A DNA stretch of 19,320 nucleotides from Coleofasciculus chthonoplastes F2-STO-03 (GTDB lineage Bacteria > Cyanobacteriota > Cyanobacteriia > Cyanobacteriales > Coleofasciculaceae), in contig JAVJWO010000056.1 in assembly GCA_040222015.1 (NCBI GenBank), forward strand, positions 1 to 19,320, in the 5' to 3' direction. Shown here one piece after another: positions 1 to 7,002 of this stretch. Each line of letters opens with the position of its first letter. The first letter of the stretch is position 1. The position numbers were made by a program, and so were the translations under genes. The notes below the pieces were generated by a model, which was given only the letters and a program-made list of their open reading frames with translations, made no database searches and was not told where the DNA came from.

Positions 1-67
1 GTCTATAAACCAGCCTGGAGGCACGGGGTTATCGTGCAAGCTAAGCCGAACTATCGAGTATGTTCAG

Positions 68-94
68 CGTTCGACTGAGCGCTCACGCCGAAGT
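68..94. repeat. 27-nt small dispersed repeat (CGTTCGACTGAGCGCTCACGCCGAAGT), copy 1
   Basis: Identical to 13804-13830; identity extends to 33 bp with the flanks CAG and CTT. Imperfect palindrome: TTCG..TGAGCGCTCA..CGAA. Confidence 0.9.
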
Positions 95-123
95 CTTAGC
101 TTGTTTGATGACTTCAGGGCTAC

Positions 124-159
124 TAAAAACCCAGACCTCAGATCTTAGCAGGTCTGGGT
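124..159 (-). terminator. Intrinsic terminator-like hairpin
   Basis: ACCCAGACCT (129-138) pairs with AGGTCTGGGT (150-159): 10-bp stem, 11-nt loop. A U-run follows on the minus strand (AAAAA at 125-129). Confidence 0.7.
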
Positions 160-187
160 AGTTTATTTACTGACAACAGAAGACAAC

Positions 188-256
188 TTACAAACAACAG
201 AGACGGACGAGACAGCAGCGACGGTGACCTAATTTTGCACCGATTTCAATTGGCAC
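188..256 (-). CDS. Putative leader peptide MPIEIGAKLGHRRCCLVRLCCL (22 aa, GTG start)
   Basis: Hand translation shows two Cys-Cys pairs. The stop lies about 30 nt upstream of the terminator hairpin. No clear RBS; start uncertain (TTG at 292 is in frame). Confidence 0.35.
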   Translation of the reverse strand: MPIEIGAKLGHRRCCLVRLCCL

Positions 257-309
257 AACGGGCGAATAAACATGACGATTCGGATGGGACAAGAATCGGA
301 TATTCCGGA

Positions 310-681
310 TCAGGAGTTAGAGAGTAACGTAAACAGGACACTGACTGCAAGCAATCCCAGTAACCCGACTACGGCTGGGTGACGCTGACACCACAATTTT
401 GCTGCTTGTAAGAGAGTACGACGCGGCATATCAATCGACTCAGGTTGGAGCGGAGACTGATCCTTATCCGTGTAAAGGGTACATTCTTTGGCATAGGGAC
501 GTTGAGGAAACGTACAAGTATCATCAGCATGATAAAGACAGGTTTGACACAAATACTCTTGTTCCACGGCTCGGTGTAAGGTAATACCCGGATGACCGTG
601 GGCTTTGAAAATCATGCCACAATGAGGACAAGTAATTTCTCGATTACTGATAGATTGATGGCAACGGGGACAATTGGGCAT
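310..681 (-). CDS. Zinc-ribbon domain membrane-anchored protein
   Basis: CPRC..CPHC N-terminal zinc ribbon, further Cys cluster (CQTC, CTFP, ECT) and a C-terminal hydrophobic helix. Confidence 0.85.
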   Translation of the reverse strand: MPNCPRCHQSISNREITCPHCGMIFKAHGHPGITLHRAVEQEYLCQTCLYHADDTCTFPQRPYAKECTLYTDKDQSPLQPESIDMPRRTLLQAAKLWCQRHPAVVGLLGLLAVSVLFTLLSNS

Positions 682-692
682 CAGGTCTAACG

Positions 693-1008
693 TTAGCTGG
701 GTGTTTGGGGGAATTTTCTCACTTGATATTCACTCGCCTGAATCATCTGATACGCTTTGCCAAACTCTTGGTCGAACTGCATGCAGTTTTCCCTCCAACT
801 GCTCTTGTGGAACAGCTTTCCACTGTTCGCGGCTTGTCCAACGAATGATCAGGATGACTTCGGTGGGTGTTTCTGGCTCAATCCAGACTTCTTTGCTGAT
901 AAATCCCGGACAGCGAGCTAGCATCGATGTCCAGATTTCGGCATCTTTCTGAATAAAGGTTTCCCGAAGTTCGGGCGAGACTCTAATTTTCAGATACTCA
1001 ATTACCAT
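693..1008 (-). CDS. TIGR03792-type cyanobacterial protein (ABM/dimeric alpha-beta barrel-like), with a +1 frameshift near 778-795
   Basis: MVIEYLKIRV...DAEIWT...PGFISKEVWI...IRWTSREQWK starts at ATG 1008. A family-like C-terminus (QFDQEFGKAYQMIQASEYQVRKFPQTPS*) lies in the +1 frame, stop at 693-695. Confidence 0.8.
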
Positions 1009-1068
1009 ATAAGAAGCTTGATCGGTTACTGTGCAAACGATTGAATCATACCAAGTTGAAGTCACAGA

Positions 1069-1205
1069 TAAGTAGGTGGACACAATTAAAGTTAACTGTT
1101 GAGATTAGGGAACTCTTAACAGGGAACAGGGAACAGTAAGGGTTTGAGGGCGGTTTACTTGCACTGGCTCCGGAGCGTGCCGTTTTATGCCAGTCCGACT
1201 ACTTA
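1069..1205. mobile_element. MITE-like element (137 bp) with imperfect terminal inverted repeats
   Basis: TAAGTAGGTGGAC (1069-1081) matches the reverse complement of GTCCGACTACTTA (1193-1205) at 11/13. TA at both ends; internal AACAGGG tandem units. Confidence 0.55.
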
Positions 1206-1349
1206 GTCGTTTCTGTGCCCCTGCTTCTCGCTTCAGGGCGGGTAAACACGGCAGCAGTTGTGGGCAAGATAGCACAAAATGGAACTGGGGGTTGGAATCA
1301 ACCTCCCTTCCCCTATCCTGGGGTTAGCACCGAGTTACAGGAACAGCGT

Positions 1350-1673
1350 ATGGATAATAGAGATTGGCTGAAGCAGTTATTGATGGTTGGTGTAGGCACA
1401 ACCTCAATGGTCGCAGACAAACTACGAGAAGTTAGCGATGAATGGGTAAAAGATGGAAAAATTAATCCAGAGCAAGCCCAAGGATTCGTTGATGATATGG
1501 TGCAGCAGATCAAATCGGAGCAAGGTAACTTTGAAGTCAACATGGAACGACAGCTAAGGCATCTGTTGCAGGAGTTAGGTGTGCCTCGGCAAACGGAAGT
1601 GGATGAATTGCGGGGGCGCATTGATAGGTTGGAACGTCAAGTGCGGGATCTAGAAAATAAGCTGTGGCGTTAA
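1350..1673 (+). CDS. Phasin / PHA granule-associated family protein
   Basis: MDNRDWLKQLLMVGVGTTS...EWVKDGKIN...LGVPRQTEVDELRGRIDRLE. ATG 1350 is preceded by CAGGA and is preferred over the GTG at 1215. Confidence 0.85.
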   Translation: MDNRDWLKQLLMVGVGTTSMVADKLREVSDEWVKDGKINPEQAQGFVDDMVQQIKSEQGNFEVNMERQLRHLLQELGVPRQTEVDELRGRIDRLERQVRDLENKLWR

Positions 1674-1699
1674 TAAAACATTGAATAGGAGGATAGATT

Positions 1700-2251
1700 T
1701 TGAGAGATATTCTAATCAGCTTAGGTGTTATTGTTGCCTGTGGATTGTTGTTGGTCGTGACTCAACTCAGTCGTGGGAGTGCAACCGCCGACGAACTCAA
1801 CCCAACTCAACCTCAACCCCTAACCCAAGTTACCCAGGCTAAACCCATCCCTGAAAATCAATCAATTGCTATGAGTACGGATTCAACTGAGGAACAGAAC
1901 ACCGAGCAGGATGTTGTAACCACACCATCGGGTTTGAAATATATCGAACTCAAAGAAGGTGAAGGCGCACAACCCCAAAAAGGTCAAACCGTGGTGGTTC
2001 ACTATACCGGAACCCTGGAGGATGGCACCAAGTTTGATAGTTCCCGCGATCGCAACCGTCCGTTTTCCTTTAAACTCGGTGTAGGACTGGTGATCAAAGG
2101 CTGGGATGAAGGCGTTGCCACGATGAAAGTGGGCGGACGTCGGCGGCTGATCATTCCCCCGGAATTGGGGTATGGTTCCCGTGGTGCAGGTGGCGTGATT
2201 CCGCCCAACGCGACTCTAATTTTTGATGTGGAATTACTCAAAATTAGCTAA
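1700..2251 (+). CDS. FKBP-type peptidyl-prolyl cis-trans isomerase with N-terminal signal/anchor
   Basis: [32 protein letters not shown] and [14 protein letters not shown] motifs. TTG start after an AGGAGG RBS. Confidence 0.96.
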   Translation: MRDILISLGVIVACGLLLVVTQLSRGSATADELNPTQPQPLTQVTQAKPIPENQSIAMSTDSTEEQNTEQDVVTTPSGLKYIELKEGEGAQPQKGQTVVVHYTGTLEDGTKFDSSRDRNRPFSFKLGVGLVIKGWDEGVATMKVGGRRRLIIPPELGYGSRGAGGVIPPNATLIFDVELLKIS

Positions 2252-2271
2252 AAACTTGTCCCGCCTCTCCC

Positions 2272-2322
2272 AGTCAGCTTCATTCTGACTTGAGCTTTTA
2301 GCCTTGGGTTTCCACCCAAGGC
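2272..2322. terminator. Paired hairpins between the convergent FKBP and dnaB genes (terminator/REP-like)
   Basis: AGTCAG..CTGACT (2272-2290), and GCCTTGGGT (2301-2309) / ACCCAAGGC (2314-2322). Confidence 0.5.
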
Positions 2323-2398
2323 GGTTGGTGAGACTTACATAAACATAAGACGTAGCTTGCTTCTTTTCGGGAAGCGAGTATGACGAATGACGAAATAA

Positions 2399-3745
2399 TC
2401 ACTGATTGGGATTTGCAAGATTGCGGAAGCGAGTATACTGAGGGTCGAAAATCAACTTTACCACGCCAGTTGGACCATTGCGATGTTTGGAAATAATCAC
2501 TTCGGTGATCCCTTGATCTGGCGTATCCGGATGGTAATACTCATCCCGGTACAACATAATCACTAAGTCCGCATCTTGCTCAATCGAACCCGACTCTCTC
2601 AAATCGGACATCATCGGTCGCTTATTCGTCCGCGCCTCTACCCCTCGACTAAGCTGAGATAAGGCAATCACAGGAGTATTCAGTTCACGGGCTAACCCTT
2701 TGAGAGAACGGGTAATCCGAGACAGTTCTTGGACTCGATTTTCACTACCACCCCCTTCCATTAACTGCAAGTAATCGATCAATACCAATCCCAGCGTTCC
2801 CCCTTGTTCTGCCTGGAGACGCCGCAGATTTGATCGCATCTGCATAACGGTGGGGTTAGGCGTATCCTCGATATAAATGGGTAATTCTGATAACGTTCCC
2901 AGCGCATGGGAGAGGGGTTCCCATTGATTTTGAGTAATTCGCCCCGTTCGCAAATAGTTACTTTCAATGCCCGCCTCGCTGGATAAAAGCCGCTGGACTA
3001 ATTGCGCCTTGGACATTTCTAAACTAAAAATTGCGACAGGAAATCTATCGGCAATATTGCGAGCCATAGCCAACGCAAAGCTAGTTTTACCCATTGAGGG
3101 TCTTCCCGCCACAATAATTAAATCAGAACGCCCAAACCCACCCGTTATCGCATCCAAGTCATAGAAATTAGAGGGTATACCGGGTAAGGCAAGTCCTTCA
3201 TGAAGCGTTTCGATTTCCTGAAAGGCTTGAATTAATGTCTCAGAGATTGGCACTAACCCTTGTTGTGGACGCACCTGAGTCAAATTGAAAATTTTCTGTT
3301 CCGCTTGGTCAAGAACAAAGTCCAACTCCTTATGTGTCTCGTAACCCAATTGAACAATCTCATTTCCCGATTGGATGAGTTGACGGCGCAGGTACTTATC
3401 CATCACCAACGCTGCGTAGCGGTCAATATTCACGGCTGACACCGTGCGTTCAATTAACTGCGCTATCTTGCTTTGACCCCCCACCTTGTCTAATAATTTA
3501 TGGTCATACAACCACGAGGTAACGCTCATGAAATCGGTTGGCTTACCTTCATGGTGCAGAATGAAGGCAGATCTATAGATTTCTTGGTGAGCGCTAACGT
3601 AGAAGGCTTCTGGAGATAATAAATCTACCACTCGACTCATTGCTTCAGGATCAAGCATGATCCCACCCAAAATAGACTCCTCCGCCTCGATGTTTTGAGG
3701 CGGTATAGAGCTAGTGATGATTGAAAGGTTAAAGTTTGAAGCCAT
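2399..3745 (-). CDS. dnaB: Replicative DNA helicase, no intein
   Basis: PPQNIEAEESILG, Walker A GRPSMGKT, IDYLQLM, ALSQLSR and LRESGSIEQDAD motifs. ATG 3745 is preferred over the TTG at 3766. Confidence 0.98.
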   Translation of the reverse strand: MASNFNLSIITSSIPPQNIEAEESILGGIMLDPEAMSRVVDLLSPEAFYVSAHQEIYRSAFILHHEGKPTDFMSVTSWLYDHKLLDKVGGQSKIAQLIERTVSAVNIDRYAALVMDKYLRRQLIQSGNEIVQLGYETHKELDFVLDQAEQKIFNLTQVRPQQGLVPISETLIQAFQEIETLHEGLALPGIPSNFYDLDAITGGFGRSDLIIVAGRPSMGKTSFALAMARNIADRFPVAIFSLEMSKAQLVQRLLSSEAGIESNYLRTGRITQNQWEPLSHALGTLSELPIYIEDTPNPTVMQMRSNLRRLQAEQGGTLGLVLIDYLQLMEGGGSENRVQELSRITRSLKGLARELNTPVIALSQLSRGVEARTNKRPMMSDLRESGSIEQDADLVIMLYRDEYYHPDTPDQGITEVIISKHRNGPTGVVKLIFDPQYTRFRNLANPNQ

Positions 3746-3870
3746 CGCCAGAGATAGCGAGTACAACCAGAGGGTAGGGGAGCAGGGGAGTGGGGGAGCG
3801 GAGGGCTGTAAGGTTAATACTACTCGCAGGAAACTCTAATTTAATTTCCTCTGTCTTTCTTCCCCTAGAT

Positions 3871-3932
3871 GGGCGGGTTTAGTCAAGTTATCGGGACGGT
3901 GCCAAAACGTTATCGGTAAAACCCGCCCCTAC
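3871..3932. repeat. REP-like inverted repeat doublet
   Basis: GGGCGGGTTT (3871-3880) / AAACCCGCCC (3919-3928), followed by CTAC (GTAG on the minus strand). Confidence 0.6.
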
Positions 3933-3939
3933 ATCCGGA

Positions 3940-3967
3940 GTAGAGACGTAGCATGCTACGTCTCTAC
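3940..3967. repeat. Perfect 28-bp GTAG-type palindrome overlapping the rplI stop codon
   Basis: GTAGAGACGTAGCATGCTACGTCTCTAC is its own reverse complement. Confidence 0.9.
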
Positions 3968-4422
3968 ATCGGAGCAACGTGAATTTCTATAACCGCCGTA
4001 ACTTCTGGATGCAGTTTGACTTGTGCCTTGTAGAAACCGAGCTTGCTGATATCGGGAAGCGTGATTCCCCGACGATCGACCTCTTGGTTTGTGGTTTCTT
4101 GAATGGCTTCTGCTACATCAGCTGCCGTAACCGTACCAAAGATTGCCTCTTGTTCACCCACTTGCTTGCGGATGGTAAAGCGACCTATGGTTTCTAATGC
4201 TGTCTTACGGGTTTCAGCTTGCTGCTTTTCTTCGAGTAAACGTTGTCGCTCTTGTTCTTTGCGCCGCTCAACTTGCTTGAGAATACCAGCAGTGGCTAAC
4301 GTTCCTATCCCATGGGGAATTAAATAATTACGAGCATAGCCAGGAGCGACGTCCACCAGTTCGCCGGATTTGCCTAGCTTCCTAACGTCTTGATTTAAAA
4401 CTAACTGTACACGTTTTGCCAT
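3964..4422 (-). CDS. rplI: 50S ribosomal protein L9
   Basis: [21 protein letters not shown] and IFGTVT motifs; classical rplI-dnaB synteny. Confidence 0.98.
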   Translation of the reverse strand: MAKRVQLVLNQDVRKLGKSGELVDVAPGYARNYLIPHGIGTLATAGILKQVERRKEQERQRLLEEKQQAETRKTALETIGRFTIRKQVGEQEAIFGTVTAADVAEAIQETTNQEVDRRGITLPDISKLGFYKAQVKLHPEVTAVIEIHVAPM

Positions 4423-4479
4423 TGTCTTTTTTGGGTACGGGCTATTTAACTTAGATACTGATGCTCAGTCAGAATTTCA

Positions 4480-4509
4480 ATCATACGAAAATTTGCGATC
4501 CGAGTGCAA
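4480..4509 (-). promoter_or_regulatory. Candidate sigma70-type promoter for rplI-dnaB
   Basis: Minus strand TTGCAC-N18-TATGAT, about 57 nt upstream of the rplI ATG. Confidence 0.5.
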
Positions 4510-4515
4510 CTCCTA

Positions 4516-4547
4516 GAGTAGAGAGGTAGCATGCTACCTCTCTACTC
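4516..4547. repeat. Perfect 32-bp palindrome, same family as 3940-3967
   Basis: GAGTAGAGAGGTAGCATGCTACCTCTCTACTC, just downstream of the gloB stop. Confidence 0.9.
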
Positions 4548-4553
4548 CCTGGG

Positions 4554-5327
4554 TTAAAACTGATCCTTCATTCCCCGCAATCGGGCAAAGGTTTGCACGG
4601 GTTCTGTACTGTTGACCGCTTCTTGGAGAGTCGGTTGTTCCCAGCGCAAAAAGGGATTCGTCAATTTTTCGACGCCCAGTAAGGAGGGGACTGTTGCCTC
4701 TTTTCGACGACGAGCCGCTTCAACGTCAGTATAGCGGCTTTGCAGGTCTGGGTTGTGGGGATCAACGGTTTGGGCAAATTTAAGATTCTTTAGGGTGTAT
4801 TCATGGGCGCACCAGACACGGGTGTTGTCCGGTAACCTTCGCAGCTTACTCAAGGAATCAACCATTTGCTTGGGTGTCCCTTCAAAAAGTCTGCCACATC
4901 CTCCGGCAAATATGGTGTCACCACAGAATAATTCACCGACTTCATCGCTGGTGACAGGGGGAAAATAGTAGGCAATATGCCCGCTAGTATGACCGGGAAC
5001 GAAAAATATCTCAGCCGTGCGATCGCTAAACTGAACCTCGTCTCCCTCTTGTAAAAATACCTGTTGTCCCGGAATTCTGTCCCGATCTTGGGTTCCACCA
5101 TAGACACAGACATCAGGATACCGCTGGATTAATTCTTGATTTCCACCTACATGATCCCAATGATGATGAGTGTTAAAAATTGTTACTAACTCTGCACCCA
5201 GTTTTTCCAGATGCTGTAATACAGGTTGAGCCTCGGCTGGATCAACGACAGCAGCAATATTCTGTTCAGGTTCATGCAGCAAAAAGATATAGTTATCTGA
5301 AAGGGCTGGTAGTCGATGGACTTGCAT
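4554..5327 (-). CDS. gloB: Hydroxyacylglutathione hydrolase (glyoxalase II)
   Basis: THHHWDH metallo-beta-lactamase motif, plus [29 protein letters not shown] and EKLTNPFLR. Confidence 0.96.
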   Translation of the reverse strand: MQVHRLPALSDNYIFLLHEPEQNIAAVVDPAEAQPVLQHLEKLGAELVTIFNTHHHWDHVGGNQELIQRYPDVCVYGGTQDRDRIPGQQVFLQEGDEVQFSDRTAEIFFVPGHTSGHIAYYFPPVTSDEVGELFCGDTIFAGGCGRLFEGTPKQMVDSLSKLRRLPDNTRVWCAHEYTLKNLKFAQTVDPHNPDLQSRYTDVEAARRRKEATVPSLLGVEKLTNPFLRWEQPTLQEAVNSTEPVQTFARLRGMKDQF

Positions 5328-5563
5328 ATTGAATCGTTACTCCTCAGAAAAGTCGGCTATCAATCATTTTCCCTATTCGACAGATAAACCACCTCAATGG
5401 CAAATCGTGTCAATAGGCATTAGATTAGAAAGGAAATACTCGCATAGCCTTTAACCTTCATCCTATCTCTACTACCGCTCACTCAGCTTGAGATGACAAA
5501 CCTCGGTTAACTAGGCTATCGTAGTCGAAAATCTAGGTCACCGCTAAAAAAGACTAACCGCCC

Positions 5564-5770
5564 ATGGCAGGAACTGTTCAACGCCCCTCTAGTCCCGCGA
5601 TCGCCCAAATTGTTGATCGGATTCTCGATACAGGTCAATTGAGCCGTTTAGAGTATCTTCAGTTGGTTACTACGATGCTTTCTGACTATAAAGTTACTGA
5701 TGAAGAACGTAGTTATATCAATCAGGTCTTAGATGAACGGCAAATGGGACGACTACAGTGGAGCAGTTAA
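5564..5770 (+). CDS. Small helical cyanobacterial hypothetical protein
   Basis: 68-aa ATG-start ORF containing a HIP1 site. The pattern IVDRILDTGQLSR.E.LQL...LSD..VTDEER..IN resembles small conserved cyanobacterial proteins (from memory). Confidence 0.7.
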   Translation: MAGTVQRPSSPAIAQIVDRILDTGQLSRLEYLQLVTTMLSDYKVTDEERSYINQVLDERQMGRLQWSS

Positions 5771-6966
5771 AAAAGACCAACGTGTTGAAACCCAAGCGGA
5801 AAATTTCATTAGTTGTCAGTGACTTATCGAGCAGTGGATCGGGCAGGTGGGGCGGTGCCGTGCGACCTTTTTTATTGTATAAAGCTCTCAAAAAGCTCAA
5901 TTATGAAGTCGAAGTTATAGGATTTGTTCCCCACGAGCAGAGTTCAGATATTCCGCCGTCTGAAATTCCTATTATTACAATTCCCGCTTATAATTATCCA
6001 AAATTTATTATTTCAATTAATACTCTAATTAAAACTATTCAAGGTAATATTGTTTATGCCAGCAAATTAAAGCCAACAAGTTTTGGTGTTGCCCTTATTC
6101 AAAAAATTAAAACCCGATGTCCTGTTCTCTTAGATATAGACGATTGGGAGTTAAGTTGGCATGGAGGAGATGACTGGACATACCGTCCTAGCTTAAAACA
6201 ATTCGCTAGAGATATTTTAAAACCTGACGGCGCTCTCCGAAACCCTAATCATCCTCTGTATTTAAGGTTGACCGAAGGGTTAGTTTCCCAAGCGGATGTG
6301 ATTACAACCCACACCCATTTCATGCAAGAACGTTTTGGTGGTGTATATCTCCCTCAGGGCAAAGATACTACAGTATTCGATCCCAGTCAGTATAATCCAG
6401 GAACTAGTAGAACACGATATAATCTGTCTAACTATCGAGTTATCATGTTTCCAGGAGCGCCACGACCTTATAAAGGTGTAGAGGATGTTTTGATCGCACT
6501 CGATCAATTAAATGAATCTGACTTAAGGCTTGTAATAGTTGGGGGTAGTCCATACGATGATTATGATCATCAACTCATGGAAAAGTGGGGACATTGGATT
6601 ATCAAGCTACCAAGGTTACCTGTGTCAGCAATGCCTGAAGTCGTTGCAGCGGCTCATATTGTGGTCGTTCCTCAGCGAGATACTCCAGCCGCTAAAGCTC
6701 AGTTTCCGCTGAAACTAACCGATGCGATGGCAATGGGCAAACCAATTTTATCCACCCGCGTTGGCGACATTCCAGAAATTTTAGCAGACACGGGTTATCT
6801 GGTTGATGCCAGTTCTCCTGAACAAATTGCTGATAAAATTCGGTGGATATTCCAAAACTATCAAGACGCCAATGAGCGAGGAAAAAAGGCTAGACAAAGG
6901 TGCATAGAATGTTACAGTATAGATAAAATGGCAGATATACTATCTGAAGTGATTAGTCAATTATAG
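5758..6966 (+). CDS. Glycosyltransferase family 4 (GT-B fold)
   Basis: PYKGVEDVL and FPLKLTDAMAMGKPILSTRVGDIPEI GT4 signatures. Start may instead be the TTG near 5785. Confidence 0.92.
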   Translation: MEQLKKTNVLKPKRKISLVVSDLSSSGSGRWGGAVRPFLLYKALKKLNYEVEVIGFVPHEQSSDIPPSEIPIITIPAYNYPKFIISINTLIKTIQGNIVYASKLKPTSFGVALIQKIKTRCPVLLDIDDWELSWHGGDDWTYRPSLKQFARDILKPDGALRNPNHPLYLRLTEGLVSQADVITTHTHFMQERFGGVYLPQGKDTTVFDPSQYNPGTSRTRYNLSNYRVIMFPGAPRPYKGVEDVLIALDQLNESDLRLVIVGGSPYDDYDHQLMEKWGHWIIKLPRLPVSAMPEVVAAAHIVVVPQRDTPAAKAQFPLKLTDAMAMGKPILSTRVGDIPEILADTGYLVDASSPEQIADKIRWIFQNYQDANERGKKARQRCIECYSIDKMADILSEVISQL

Positions 6967-7002
6967 TTTTAAGTATTGACCATACTAAACAAATAAGACT
7001 CT

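Noticed and set aside
229..273. Alternative short ORF MFIRPLCQLKSVQN on the minus strand
   Set aside because: No RBS or notable composition. It is kept only as an alternative to the Cys-rich frame.
786..795. Programmed -1 frameshift at G GGA AAA
   Set aside because: The family-like C-terminus is in the +1 frame; the -1 frame ends quickly in unrelated sequence.
1215..1349. N-terminal extensions in the ORF track for the phasin (also dnaB, TerC, the TIGR03792-type gene and the Slr1601-like gene)
   Set aside because: Downstream ATGs match family-like N-termini and/or have better RBSs.
2080..2110. [13 protein letters not shown] instead of the usual GVGQVIKGW
   Set aside because: A single-base difference (CTG vs CAG) that could be a neutral variant or a read error.
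2575..2600. Possible DnaB intein, as in Synechocystis
   Set aside because: LRESGSIEQDAD and the GRPSMGKTS region are uninterrupted and the protein is of normal length, so the intein sites are empty.
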